Numbered from the stretch's first letter, positions 17,912 to 28,397 are shown. The stretch is DNA of 64,000 nucleotides from an uncultured Erysipelotrichaceae bacterium (GCA_964399545.1 CAYNRG010000004.1:16735-80734); one strand, 5' to 3'. Notes: generated by a model from the letters alone, not told the origin. Translations and numbers: made by a program.

Positions 17912-18655
17912 ATGAAAATTCAATCTGTTCAGAATGAACGAGTAAAGCAATGGACAAAATTGCATTCGAAAAAAGGAAGAGAGGCCATGCAGCAATTCCT
18001 TATTGAAGGGGAGCACTTAATTCAAGAGGCTTTAAAAGATGAGAGTGTAGAACTAATTTTGGTGGAAGAAGGAAATAGAAACCCTTTTGATGGGGTTGAT
18101 TGTATAGAGTGTAGTGCTAGTGTTATGAAAAAGCTTAGTCAGAATATTTCAGGGTGCAAGTTAATGGCAGTTTGCTTAATGAAAAAAAAGACAATAAAAA
18201 AAAGGAATCGCTTAATTTTGCTAGATAATATCCAAGACCCGGGAAATATGGGGACAATGATTCGAACTGCTCATGCCTTTGGGTTTGATGGTGTTTACTG
18301 CTCAAAAGATTGCGTGGATTTATATAATGAAAAAACTATTCGCTCAACCCAAGGAGCTTTATTTTTAATTCCGGTCATTAGAAGGGACTTAAATTTTTTA
18401 GTTGAAGAATTGAAAAAGGAAGAGGTTTGTGTCATCGGAACAGCGTTGAATCACGCTACTCCACTTTCTTCTTGTGATAAGTTATTAAAAATGGCTTTTA
18501 TTTTTGGAAATGAAGGGCAAGGAGTGTCAAAGGAATTGTTGGAGAAAACCGATAAGAATATCAAAATTGAAATGCAAGGGTTTGATTCTTTGAATGTTGC
18601 CGTTGCGGCAGGTATTTGTATGCATTCTTTTCGTAAGGTTGAAATAGAAACTTAA
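17912..18655 (+). CDS. TrmH/SpoU-family RNA methyltransferase (YsgA-like)
   Basis: SpoU motifs (..DNIQDPGNMGTMIRTA.., ..FIFGNEGQGVS.., ..SLNVAVAAGI..). Confidence 0.8.
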   Translation: MKIQSVQNERVKQWTKLHSKKGREAMQQFLIEGEHLIQEALKDESVELILVEEGNRNPFDGVDCIECSASVMKKLSQNISGCKLMAVCLMKKKTIKKRNRLILLDNIQDPGNMGTMIRTAHAFGFDGVYCSKDCVDLYNEKTIRSTQGALFLIPVIRRDLNFLVEELKKEEVCVIGTALNHATPLSSCDKLLKMAFIFGNEGQGVSKELLEKTDKNIKIEMQGFDSLNVAVAAGICMHSFRKVEIET

Positions 18656-18684
18656 GGAGTTATTTGTAACTTTCAAATAGAATA

Positions 18685-18727
18685 AAAAAGACTGAGGAGA
18701 GGAATAGTATCTCTTCAGTCTTTTCTT
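18685..18727. terminator. Bidirectional terminator between the methyltransferase gene and adhE
   Basis: aaaaag-actgaggaga...tctcttcagt-cttttc: a 12-bp stem with one G-U pair, flanked by an A-run and a T-run. Confidence 0.8.
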
Positions 18728-18729
18728 TA

Positions 18730-21393
18730 TTAAAATCCTTTGTAAGCTTTAAGTAAGATTTCTTTTAGTTCTTCTAACATAGGTAAGCGAGGGTTAGAAG
18801 GAGAGCATTGATCTTCATAAGCAAGGAATGCAACCTTATCTAAATTTTCTTCAAATACTTTTTTATCAATTCCTTGATCTTTGAAAGACATTTGAATTCC
18901 ACAATCTTTTGCAAGGTTTCCACAAGCTTTTGCATAAGCATCAACACCTTCTGGAGTTGTTTTAAATTTCAATCCAAGAAGTCGAGCGATTTCCGCATAC
19001 TTTTCATCAGCTTTGTAGTAATTATACTTCGGCCAAACTCCAGGCTTTGCAGGTTTTGTACCATTGTATCGAATAACATGAGGCATTAAAATTGCATTAG
19101 CACGACCATGTGGTACATGATATTCTCCACCAATCTTATGAGCTAGTGAATGGTTAATTCCAAGGAAAGCATTTGCAAAAGCCATACCTGCAAGGGTTCC
19201 AGCATTATGCATTTTCTCTCTAGCTTCAGGATCATTTTTACCATTGGCAACAGCACGTGGTAAATATTCAAAGACCATTTTTATTGCTTGAAGTGCTAAT
19301 CCATCTGTGTAGTCGTTAGCAAGAGTAGATACATAAGCTTCTGTTGCATGAGTTAAAACATCTAGTCCCGTATCAGCAGTAATTGAAGCAGGCATGCTCA
19401 TAGTTAAGGCAGGGTCAATAATTGCAACAGTTGGTGTTAATGAATAATCTGCAAGAGGATATTTTTTTCCTTCATCACGATCGGTGATGACCGCAAATGG
19501 AGTAACTTCTGATCCTGTTCCAGATGTTGTTGGGATACAAACCATTTTTGATTTTTTCCCAAGTTCTGGGTAACGGAAGGCACGTTTGCGAATATCCATG
19601 AATTTTTGTTTTAGGTCATCGAAGTTTACATCTGGATGTTCATAGAATAACCACATTCCTTTTGCCGCATCCATTGGAGATCCTCCTCCTAAAGCAATGA
19701 TTGTATCAGGTTTGAAGGCTTCCATTAATTGCCAACCACGTTTTACAGTTTGGATACTTGGATCTGGTTCTACATCGCAGAAGAGTTGAACTTGGACTTT
19801 GTTTCTTCGTGCTTCAAGTTGATCTGTAATACGACGAACATATCCTAAATCAACCATTGAGCGGTCAGTAACAATGAATACCTTTTCAACATCATGCATA
19901 GATTTCAAGTATTCAATTGAATCTCTTTCAAAGTAAATTTTTGATGGAATTTTGAACCATTGCATATTATTTCTCCTTTTACCAATTTTCTTGATGTTTA
20001 ATAAATTGATGGCACTAACATTATCAGAGACAGAGTTGTGACCATAAGAGCCACAGCCTAGAGTGAGTGATGGAATAAAGGCATTATAAACATTTCCAAT
20101 TCCACCAAAGGTACTTGGAGAATTCCAGATGATTCGGCAAGCTTTAATGCGTTCACCAAAAGCTTTTGCAACAGCATCATTGGAAGTGTGGATGGCCGCA
20201 CTATGACCAATACCATGGAACATAACCATCGCTTCAGATTTTGCTAATCCATCTTCGATAGACTCTGCTTTTAAGAAGGCTAGTACTGGAGATAATTTTT
20301 CACGAGTCAATGGTTCTTTTTCTCCAACTTCCTTACATTCAGCTGCAAGAATGCTTGTTGTAGCAGGAACTGTAAACCCTGCTTGTTCAGCAATCCAAGA
20401 AGCAGAACGACCTACAACTGCAGGATTTAGTTTGGCTCCAGCACAATTTTTTGAAGTGGCAGAAACACCAAACATGTATTCTTCTAAGAGTGTTTTCTCT
20501 TTTTTACTAATAAAGTGAACATGGTATTCTTTAAAGAGATCGATGGTATCTTGATAAACTTCTTTGTCGATAATAACTGCTTGCTCTGAGGCACAGATCA
20601 TTCCATTATCGAAAGCTTTAGATAGACAGATGTCATTTACAGCTTGGCGAAGGTTTGCAGTAGTTTCAATGTATGCAGGAACATTTCCAGCTCCAACACC
20701 TAGTGCAGGTTTTCCACAAGAGTAAGCAGCACGAACCATTGCATTACCACCTGTTGCTAGGATTGTAGCAACTCCTGAATGGTTCATTAAAGCATTAGTA
20801 GCCTCAAGGCTAGGCGCTTCAATCCACTGAATGCAGTCTTTAGGTGCACCTGCAGCAAGTGCAGTTTCATAAATTACTTTAGCAGTTTCACTAGAGCATT
20901 GTTGAGCATTAGGGTGAAATGCAAAGATAATAGGGTTTCTTGTTTTTAAGCTAATTAGAGCTTTAAAGATGGTAGTAGAGGTTGGATTGGTTACTGGAGT
21001 AATTCCGGCAACGACACCAACTGGCTCAGCAATTTGTGTAATTCCTTGAACTTCATCTTCAGCGATAATCCCAACTGTTTTTAAATGACGCATATGGTTT
21101 ACCACATACTCACAAGCGAATAAGTTTTTTGTTGCTTTATCTTCAAATACACCGCGTCCTGTTTCGTCAACGGCAAGTTTTGCTAGTTCTCCATGTTTGT
21201 CTAAAGCAGCGACAGAACACTTTGCGACAATATAATCGATTTGTTCTTGATTTAAGTCAGCATACTTGTCTAAAGCAATTAGTGCGTTTTTGACTTTTTT
21301 ATCAACTTCAGAAACCTTAACCGGGGTAGATTCTGTAGCTGGTGAAACTTTTTTAATACTTTTTTTTGTTGTAGTTGTTTTCTTTGTAGCCAT
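18730..21393 (-). CDS. adhE: Bifunctional acetaldehyde-CoA/alcohol dehydrogenase
   Basis: Full-length AdhE architecture: an N-terminal ALDH domain and a C-terminal iron-ADH domain (..GGGSPMDAAK.., ..HG.ANA..). The start is set at MATKK, behind gaaggaggg. Confidence 0.95.
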   Translation of the reverse strand: MATKKTTTTKKSIKKVSPATESTPVKVSEVDKKVKNALIALDKYADLNQEQIDYIVAKCSVAALDKHGELAKLAVDETGRGVFEDKATKNLFACEYVVNHMRHLKTVGIIAEDEVQGITQIAEPVGVVAGITPVTNPTSTTIFKALISLKTRNPIIFAFHPNAQQCSSETAKVIYETALAAGAPKDCIQWIEAPSLEATNALMNHSGVATILATGGNAMVRAAYSCGKPALGVGAGNVPAYIETTANLRQAVNDICLSKAFDNGMICASEQAVIIDKEVYQDTIDLFKEYHVHFISKKEKTLLEEYMFGVSATSKNCAGAKLNPAVVGRSASWIAEQAGFTVPATTSILAAECKEVGEKEPLTREKLSPVLAFLKAESIEDGLAKSEAMVMFHGIGHSAAIHTSNDAVAKAFGERIKACRIIWNSPSTFGGIGNVYNAFIPSLTLGCGSYGHNSVSDNVSAINLLNIKKIGKRRNNMQWFKIPSKIYFERDSIEYLKSMHDVEKVFIVTDRSMVDLGYVRRITDQLEARRNKVQVQLFCDVEPDPSIQTVKRGWQLMEAFKPDTIIALGGGSPMDAAKGMWLFYEHPDVNFDDLKQKFMDIRKRAFRYPELGKKSKMVCIPTTSGTGSEVTPFAVITDRDEGKKYPLADYSLTPTVAIIDPALTMSMPASITADTGLDVLTHATEAYVSTLANDYTDGLALQAIKMVFEYLPRAVANGKNDPEAREKMHNAGTLAGMAFANAFLGINHSLAHKIGGEYHVPHGRANAILMPHVIRYNGTKPAKPGVWPKYNYYKADEKYAEIARLLGLKFKTTPEGVDAYAKACGNLAKDCGIQMSFKDQGIDKKVFEENLDKVAFLAYEDQCSPSNPRLPMLEELKEILLKAYKGF

Positions 21394-21724
21394 AAGCCCT
21401 CCTTCAGTTGTGAAAGTTTTCACTTCTTATATTCTCAAGTATATCACCATAAAAAGAACCTTGCAATAGGAATGGTTAAAAAAATCACATGTTATCGCTT
21501 TCATTTTCTTGGAGTGTTTTTGTTACCGGTTTCAGTGTCTGTTAGTAGCATGATTTGCATAATTAAAAAGAGCTAATTAATCCAAATTAGATAGTAGTTC
21601 TTGTGAAATGAAATAAGAAAGTCGTGTTGTTTTAAGAGATAGGAAAAGATAGACTTTTCTTTTTTAAAAATTTGAAATTTAATATGGATATAGTATAATG
21701 GTGAGAAAAGAAAGAGGTAGAAAA

Positions 21725-23419
21725 ATGAAATTTAATGAATTTAAATATGAACGCCCCAATTTTGAAAAATTCAGTCAAGAAGTAACAGAGTTATTGAATC
21801 AATTAGAAAAAGAGGAATCACCAGAAAAATTTTTAGAGCTATTTAATCAAATCAATATAATGAGAAAACATATTAGCACAATGGAGAGCATAAGCAATGT
21901 TCGCCATACGATTGATACTAGTGATGAATTTTATGATAAAGAAAATCAATATTGGGATCAACAAGGACCATTGTATCAAGTGTTTGAACAACGCCTTGCG
22001 AAGATTACTTTAGCCAAGCCTTATCGTGAGGAATTATTGAAAGAGATACCAATGACTTATTTTCAATTAGCTGAGCAAGATTTAAAATCCTTCGATGAAA
22101 AAATTATTCCACTTTTACAAGAAGAAAATCAATTGACTTCTAGCTATGCGAAACTAAAAGCAAGTTGCAAGATTGATTTTGATGGAAAAGAATTAAACCT
22201 TTCACAGATTGAAGCAGAAAGTGAAAATTTAGATCGTGAACATAGGAAAAGAGCAGTAGAAGCTCGTGTGAAATGGCTTGGAGAAAAAGAATCAGAGTTT
22301 GATGAGATTTATCATAAACTGGTTCAAGTTCGTCAAAAAATTGCGGAAGAGTTGGGATTTGAAAATTTTATTGAATTAGGATATTACAGGATGAATCGCT
22401 TAGATTATAATGAAGAAATGGTTGCAACCTACCGCAAACAAGTGTTGGAACAATTAGTTCCTCTTGCACAAAAGCTATATGATAAGCAAGCAGGCCGCTT
22501 AGGTGAAAATCACTTAGCGTATTATGATTTGCCAATTCAATTTTTAGATGGAAATCCAACACCAAAAGGTGGAGAAGCGGAATTAGTAGAAGCGGCAAAG
22601 CAAATGTATCATGAGATGAGTCCAGAGACTAAAGAATTTATTGATGTGATGATTAATCAAGAACTTTGGGATCTAACTAGTAAATCGAATAAAGCAGGTG
22701 GAGGGTATTGTACACTGATTGCTGATCATAAAGTTCCGTTTATTTTTTCAAATTTTAATGGAACTAGTGGGGATGTAGATGTATTAACTCATGAAGCAGG
22801 ACATGCGTTTCAGGTTTATAGCTCAAGAAATATTGAGGTTCCAGAATGTTTGTGGCCTACTTTAGAGTCATGTGAAATCCATTCTATGAGTATGGAGTTC
22901 TTCGCATGGCCATGGATGGATAAATTCTTCAAAGAAGATACAAAAAAGTATTATTACACTCATTTGGCAAGTGCGATTCAATTTATTCCCTATGGAATTT
23001 TAGTGGATCATTATCAACATGAGGTTTACGCAAACCCAACATGGACAACTGGGCAAAGAAAAGAATGTTGGAGGAGATTAGAGAAGCAATATACTCCTTG
23101 GAAGGATTATACAGGGTATGCTTCTTTAGAAGGAGGAAGTTTTTGGCATAAACAATCTCACATCTTTGCCAGTCCTTTCTACTATATTGATTACACACTA
23201 GCTCAAGTATGTGCTTTACAATTTTGGACACGCCTTCAAAAACAAGATCCAAAAGCATGGGCTGATTATTTAGAACTTTGCAAGATGGGTGGAACAAAAT
23301 CGTTTGTACAACTTGTTGAAACAGCTGGATTAATCTCTCCTTTTAAAGAAGGATGTTTAAATCAAGTTGCGAAAACAGTGGACGAGTATTTAAGCAGTAT
23401 CGATGATAGCCAGTTATAG
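21725..23419 (+). CDS. M3-family oligoendopeptidase (PepF-like)
   Basis: Zinc motif HEAGHAF plus a downstream E (..ESCEIHS..). Size and N-terminus are typical of the M3B group. The start is set at MKFNEFKYERP. Confidence 0.85.
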   Translation: MKFNEFKYERPNFEKFSQEVTELLNQLEKEESPEKFLELFNQINIMRKHISTMESISNVRHTIDTSDEFYDKENQYWDQQGPLYQVFEQRLAKITLAKPYREELLKEIPMTYFQLAEQDLKSFDEKIIPLLQEENQLTSSYAKLKASCKIDFDGKELNLSQIEAESENLDREHRKRAVEARVKWLGEKESEFDEIYHKLVQVRQKIAEELGFENFIELGYYRMNRLDYNEEMVATYRKQVLEQLVPLAQKLYDKQAGRLGENHLAYYDLPIQFLDGNPTPKGGEAELVEAAKQMYHEMSPETKEFIDVMINQELWDLTSKSNKAGGGYCTLIADHKVPFIFSNFNGTSGDVDVLTHEAGHAFQVYSSRNIEVPECLWPTLESCEIHSMSMEFFAWPWMDKFFKEDTKKYYYTHLASAIQFIPYGILVDHYQHEVYANPTWTTGQRKECWRRLEKQYTPWKDYTGYASLEGGSFWHKQSHIFASPFYYIDYTLAQVCALQFWTRLQKQDPKAWADYLELCKMGGTKSFVQLVETAGLISPFKEGCLNQVAKTVDEYLSSIDDSQL

Positions 23420-23509
23420 AAAGAACGAAGATAACTTTGGTATCTAAATCAGGAGTCATAGTATATTTCATAAATACGTGAAAAGAGTGGAATACTTACT
23501 TATTTTCAA

Positions 23510-23541
23510 AAAAGAAGCTTAAGGATAGGCTTCTTTTCGTT
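23510..23541 (+). terminator. Rho-independent terminator after the oligoendopeptidase gene
   Basis: agaagc-ttaaggatag-gcttct followed by a T-rich tail. Confidence 0.6.
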
Positions 23542-23610
23542 TATTATTGAATCTCCTTTGAATTTACTTTATACTTTAGATAGAATTTTAATAATCAGTG
23601 GAGGTGTTTT

Positions 23611-24270
23611 ATGCAAGCGATTATGGAAACAATATTTGATATCGCTTATTTAACGACGGTAGTCACCTTAGGAATCTTAATGATTAAGAATGCAAAGGGA
23701 AATAAGCAATATAGGTTATTTGGGGTTATGGCGGTAGTGTTAGGATTTGGAGATGCTTTTCATTTAGTGCCACGTATGGTAGCTTTATGTACAACAGGTC
23801 TTGAGAACTATACTGTGCCTTTGGGTATTGGTAAGTTTATCACTTCAATAACAATGACTATATTCTATGTAATGTTGTATTATGTGTGGAAACTTAGATA
23901 TAATGTTCAAGGAAGAAAGTCATTAACGATTACTATTTATGTTTTGGCGGCATTAAGAATTATTTTGTGTTTATTTCCACAGAACGAATGGCTAAGTGCT
24001 AGTCCACCAATATCGTGGGGAATATATAGGAATATTCCATTCTTGATTCAAGGGTTGATAATTATTGTCCTGTTTTATAAAAGTGCTAAGGAGCATAAAG
24101 ATGAATCATTTAAGTATATGTGGTTAACAATTGTATTAAGCTTTGGCTTCTATCTTCCGGTAGTCTTATGGGCAAGTGTTAACCCATTAATTGGAATGCT
24201 GATGATGCCTAAAACTATGGCTTATGTATGGACTGTATGGATAGGGTATAGAGATATGAAAAAGATATAA
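23611..24270 (+). CDS. Seven-TM membrane protein (hypothetical)
   Basis: RBS (ggaggtg) and seven hydrophobic segments by eye. No family was recognised. Confidence 0.5.
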   Translation: MQAIMETIFDIAYLTTVVTLGILMIKNAKGNKQYRLFGVMAVVLGFGDAFHLVPRMVALCTTGLENYTVPLGIGKFITSITMTIFYVMLYYVWKLRYNVQGRKSLTITIYVLAALRIILCLFPQNEWLSASPPISWGIYRNIPFLIQGLIIIVLFYKSAKEHKDESFKYMWLTIVLSFGFYLPVVLWASVNPLIGMLMMPKTMAYVWTVWIGYRDMKKI

Positions 24271-24297
24271 TCTTGTTAATGGATTATATCTTTTTTT
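24262..24297. terminator. Terminator (perfect 10-bp stem) overlapping the stop codon of the 7-TM gene
   Basis: agatataatc-ttgttaatg-gattatatct followed by ttttttt, with an A-run on the other side. Confidence 0.8.
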
Positions 24298-24479
24298 CAG
24301 CCTCACTTAACTAGCAATATCTTAAATATTGAGAGAGTATACCCCAATGATTGAAGGGACTTGGAATTTTACCTCAGATAACTACCAAATGTAACTATGC
24401 ACAATGGTACAATGCAATCTTTTATCAAGATGAGATTGCAGAAGGTGAAAAGTAGGAACTCTTAGCGGATGTAGCTTTT

Positions 24480-24752
24480 TTAATAGCGTATTTTAAAGTT
24501 TTTCTCCGTTTCAATGATTGAAATTTCCTTGACTTGATAATCATCAACATGGATAAATTGGTTTCCTTTGGAGATGGTAGATAAAACAGATAAAACATCC
24601 TCTTTCTTTCCTTGAAGCTCAATTTCAACACACCCATTCTCTAGATTACGAACCCATCCAGTGCAAGAATTAGATGTTGCCGAAGAGAAAGTGAAGGCAC
24701 GAAAACCAACACCTTGAACACGGCCATTTACTAGAATATAGAAGCGAATCAT
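24480..24752 (-). CDS. acyP: Acylphosphatase
   Basis: 90 aa with signature V.G.VQGVGFR and ..GWVRN...G.VE...G. Confidence 0.9.
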   Translation of the reverse strand: MIRFYILVNGRVQGVGFRAFTFSSATSNSCTGWVRNLENGCVEIELQGKKEDVLSVLSTISKGNQFIHVDDYQVKEISIIETEKNFKIRY

Positions 24753-24875
24753 GGGAGCCCTCCTTTAATAGAATAAGTATAACATGAGGGTTAAGAAACA
24801 ACAAAAAAATCATATTTTTTTTGTGTAAAAAATAAAGAAATATGTTAGAATGTAATAAATTAGGAGGCTAGGGAA

Positions 24876-25694
24876 ATGCCAGAGATTAAATTAGGGATTG
24901 TGATTTTACTTGTTGTCGCAGGATTGGGAGCAGGAGTAGTAACAGGATTAGCAGGAGCATCCGCAGCGACGATCGTGACTCCATTATTGGTGACATTTAG
25001 TCCGATTGCAGCGTATACTGCTATTGCTATAAGTTTGATTACCGATGTGTTCGCATCATTCTTTTCTTTTTTGACTTATAAAAAAGAAGGGAATATTAAT
25101 ATGAAAGATGGAGTGATTCTAACGATTACTGCGTGTATTGGGGCAATTATTGGAAGCTATGTCTCAACTTATATGAATAGTGAAGCTTTGGGGAGTTTAG
25201 GAGGATTAATGACTTTTATACTAGGACTTAATTTCTTAAGAAAAGGGATGAAGCTTCACAAAAATCCACAGTTAAATAAAGATGAAATAGAAAAACCTAA
25301 AACAGAGGCTAAACTTGATCCAAGAGTTTTTTCGGCTATTCTAGGATTGATTTTAGGAGTTGTCTGTGGGGTTGTTGGAGCAGGTGGAGGATTAATGATT
25401 CTTTACGTTCTGACAGGAGTGTTAGGGTATAATACAAAAACAGCCATTGGAACTTCGGTTTTAATTATGACTTTCACAGCATTAACAGGAGGAGTATCAC
25501 ATTTACTTCATATGGAACTAAATCAATGGATTTTTATTGCTATGGTAATTACAAGTGTATCTGCAGTTATTGGAGCAAAAGCAGCTGCTAAGTTTGCTAA
25601 TAGAACATCTGAATCAATTTTGTTAACTATTGTTGGTTCTACTTTTACAGTAATTAGTATTTTAATGGTTTTACAAAAGGTTCGTGGGTTATAA
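24876..25694 (+). CDS. TauE/SafE-family anion exporter membrane protein
   Basis: Duplicated 4-TM halves with G-rich helices (..GLGAGVVTGLAGASAATIVTPLL.., ..GVVGAGGGLMILYVL..). Confidence 0.75.
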   Translation: MPEIKLGIVILLVVAGLGAGVVTGLAGASAATIVTPLLVTFSPIAAYTAIAISLITDVFASFFSFLTYKKEGNINMKDGVILTITACIGAIIGSYVSTYMNSEALGSLGGLMTFILGLNFLRKGMKLHKNPQLNKDEIEKPKTEAKLDPRVFSAILGLILGVVCGVVGAGGGLMILYVLTGVLGYNTKTAIGTSVLIMTFTALTGGVSHLLHMELNQWIFIAMVITSVSAVIGAKAAAKFANRTSESILLTIVGSTFTVISILMVLQKVRGL

Positions 25695-25704
25695 GAAAAA
25701 GGAA

Positions 25705-25740
25705 TAGTCCTATCTCTAAATGTTGGGATAGGATTTTATT
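25705..25740 (+). terminator. Probable terminator/attenuating hairpin between the TauE and P-ATPase genes
   Basis: tcctatc-(12 nt)-gatagga followed by ttttatt. Confidence 0.45.
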
Positions 25741-25755
25741 AAGGAGGATCATTCA

Positions 25756-28338
25756 ATGACATATAAAAAAAGCAAGGAAGAAATTCTGCAAGAACTGAAT
25801 ACGGATCCTGAAATAGGTCTAACCGAAGAGCAAGTAGAAGATATAAGGAAACAACAAGGCTATAATGTCCTTCATGAGAAGAAAAGAGAATCTTTGATTA
25901 TTCGCTTTTTAGTACAATTTAAAGATCCATTAATTATTGTTTTATTAATTGCAGCAGCAATTTCAATTGTAGTAGATCCTGAAGAATGGATTGAAAGCTT
26001 AATTATTTTAATAGTTGTTATTTTTAATGCGGTTTTAGGAATTGCGCAAGAGCTCAATGCTGAAAAATCATTAGAAGCTTTAAAAGAGATGAGTGCTCCT
26101 CATGCTACAGTTTTAAGGAATCAAGAAAGAAAATCAATTGACTCCAAGGATGTGGTTGTAGGAGATATTATCTTGTTAGAAGCAGGTGACTTTATCCCAA
26201 GTGATGGTCGATTAATCGAAGTTCATAATTTACAAGTCGATGAAAGTGTTTTAACAGGAGAATCTGTTCCTGTAAATAAAAAAGATTTAGTTATTGAGGC
26301 GGAGGATGTTGCTTTAGGCGATCAAAAAAATATGGTCTTTGCAAGTACTGTTTGTACCTATGGAAGAGGGAAGATGGTAGTTACAACAGTAGGAATGGAA
26401 AATGTCATAGGAAAAATTGCAGGAATGCTAATGGAGGATGACAAGGAGAAGACACCACTTCAAATAAAACTATCGCAAATAAGCAAAATGATAGGCTTTA
26501 TGTGTTTTGTGATTTGTGTGGTTGTTTTTTATATGGAATATCAATCGGGAGTACATTGGCTTGAAGCATTTAAGACATCAGTTGCACTTGCAGTTGCTGC
26601 TATTCCAGAAGGGTTGGCTACGGTAGTGACTATTGTTTTGGCACTTGGAGTTACACGAATGGTAAAAAGCAATGCGATTATCCGTCATTTGCCTGCAGTC
26701 GAAACTCTTGGCTCAGCAAGTATTGTTTGTAGTGATAAAACAGGGACATTAACACAGAATAAAATGACAGTAGTTTCTGTTTATCAAGAAGATACAGGGA
26801 TTCAAGATTTTAATCAAGATGAAAAGTTTAGAGAAACATTAAAATACTTTACCTTATGTACTGATGGAGAAATTCATTTTGAAGATGGAAAAATTAAACA
26901 TCTAGGGGATCCAACAGAAACAGCATTAGTTGAAGCGAGTTATCATTTGGGAGATAAAAAGGAGCAACTCTATCGCCAATATGATAGGAAAGAAGAAATT
27001 GCTTTTGATTCAACAAGAAAGATGATGACTGTTTTCTATAATACTCCAGAAGGTGTAATATCGGTTACAAAAGGAGCTCCTGATGTGGTTATTGCTAGGT
27101 GTCAAGGCTCTTATGAAAAAGCGTTAGCAGCGAATGAAACTATGGCTAATAAAGCTTTACGGGTCTTGGCTGTGGCTATTCGAAAGTGGGAGAAAATTCC
27201 ACAAGAATTGACGACAGAGCAAGTGGAATCGGAAATGACCTTTTTAGGACTTGTAGGAATGATTGATCCTCCAAGAGAGGAAGCAAAACAAGCAATTGCT
27301 GAAGCTAAAAAAGGCGGAATTAGAACAATAATGATTACAGGAGATCATATTACAACAGCTCAAGCAATTGCGAAACAACTGGGTATCTTAGAAAAAGGAC
27401 ATCAAGCGATTACGGGACTAGAGCTAGAGAAAATGACAGAAGATGAGTTAGAAAGTCGTGGCGAGTTGATTTCTGTATATGCCCGTGTAGCACCTGAGCA
27501 TAAGGTTCGAATTGTAAAAATGTGGCAAAAGAAAGGTCATGTTGTTGCAATGACCGGAGATGGTGTAAATGATTCACCAGCATTAAAAGCTGCGGATATT
27601 GGCTGTGCTATGGGGATTACTGGTACAGATGTTAGCAAAGGTGTTGCTGATATGATTTTAACTGATGATAACTTTGCTACAATTATCAAAGCAGTAAAAG
27701 AAGGAAGAACAATTTATAATAATATAAAAAAAGATGTACAATTTCTTTTATCAAGTAATATTGGAGAAGTATTCACCATTTTCATGGCTTCCTTATTAAG
27801 TCTAGTTGGACTTAGTTTAGGAATTCCACTGTTACCAATTCATTTATTATGGGTGAACTTAATTACGGATTCTTTACCAGCCTTTGCCTTAGGTATGGAA
27901 CCAGCAGAAGAAGGAATTATGGAACAGAAACCTCGTCCAAAGAAGGAAAGTTTCTTTGCAAATAGGTTAGGATGGACTATTTTTTGGCAAGGGATTATGA
28001 TAGGGATGCTTACTTTAATTTCTTATATTATAGGGAATAGAATTTCTCATGAGCTAGGAATGAGCATGGCTTTTATGACTTTATCCATGGCTCAATTATT
28101 TCATTCCTTTAATATGAAAAGTAGTAAGACCATCTTTAGTAAGAGCTTATTCAATAACAAATATCTTTGGGGATCTTTTGTAGTAGGTGTACTATTGCAG
28201 TTTACAATTATGTATACACCAGGATTGAATTCTATTTTTTCTTTAATTCCACTTCCTTCAGAAATGCTAGTTGTGGCATTAGCTATTTCTTTTTGCCCTA
28301 TTCTAATTGTAGAGGTAGTGAAACAATTTTCAAAATAG
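25756..28338 (+). CDS. P-type cation-transporting ATPase, Ca2+ (P2A, YloB/SERCA-like) type
   Basis: CSDKTGTLT phosphorylation motif, TGES, MITGDH, MTGDGVNDSPALK, PEGL in TM4, 10 TM helices. Confidence 0.9.
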   Translation: MTYKKSKEEILQELNTDPEIGLTEEQVEDIRKQQGYNVLHEKKRESLIIRFLVQFKDPLIIVLLIAAAISIVVDPEEWIESLIILIVVIFNAVLGIAQELNAEKSLEALKEMSAPHATVLRNQERKSIDSKDVVVGDIILLEAGDFIPSDGRLIEVHNLQVDESVLTGESVPVNKKDLVIEAEDVALGDQKNMVFASTVCTYGRGKMVVTTVGMENVIGKIAGMLMEDDKEKTPLQIKLSQISKMIGFMCFVICVVVFYMEYQSGVHWLEAFKTSVALAVAAIPEGLATVVTIVLALGVTRMVKSNAIIRHLPAVETLGSASIVCSDKTGTLTQNKMTVVSVYQEDTGIQDFNQDEKFRETLKYFTLCTDGEIHFEDGKIKHLGDPTETALVEASYHLGDKKEQLYRQYDRKEEIAFDSTRKMMTVFYNTPEGVISVTKGAPDVVIARCQGSYEKALAANETMANKALRVLAVAIRKWEKIPQELTTEQVESEMTFLGLVGMIDPPREEAKQAIAEAKKGGIRTIMITGDHITTAQAIAKQLGILEKGHQAITGLELEKMTEDELESRGELISVYARVAPEHKVRIVKMWQKKGHVVAMTGDGVNDSPALKAADIGCAMGITGTDVSKGVADMILTDDNFATIIKAVKEGRTIYNNIKKDVQFLLSSNIGEVFTIFMASLLSLVGLSLGIPLLPIHLLWVNLITDSLPAFALGMEPAEEGIMEQKPRPKKESFFANRLGWTIFWQGIMIGMLTLISYIIGNRISHELGMSMAFMTLSMAQLFHSFNMKSSKTIFSKSLFNNKYLWGSFVVGVLLQFTIMYTPGLNSIFSLIPLPSEMLVVALAISFCPILIVEVVKQFSK

Positions 28339-28364
28339 AACAAAATTAGGAACGATAGAATATT

Positions 28365-28397
28365 AAAAAGTGCAAAGAATGAAGTGCACTTTTTTTA
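28365..28397. terminator. Bidirectional terminator between the ATPase and PTS regulator genes
   Basis: aaaaagtgca-aagaatgaag-tgcacttttttt. Confidence 0.75.

Noticed and set aside
21490-21503. cre-like site TGTTATCGCTTTCA and a TTGTGAAAT Rex-like half-site (near 21601) in the adhE / M3-peptidase intergenic region
   Set aside because: The cre match has one mismatch to the consensus (WTGNAANCGNWNNCW), and the Rex element is only a half-site. In AT-rich DNA these cannot be told apart from chance without a scoring matrix or comparative data.
23611-24270. Seven-TM protein with a Lys in the last helix (..MMPKTMAYVW..) as a microbial rhodopsin or heliorhodopsin
   Set aside because: It has only 219 aa. 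It lacks the rhodopsin helix-3 and helix-7 signature residues I can recall (no RYxDW or DxxxK context). The resemblance is topological only.
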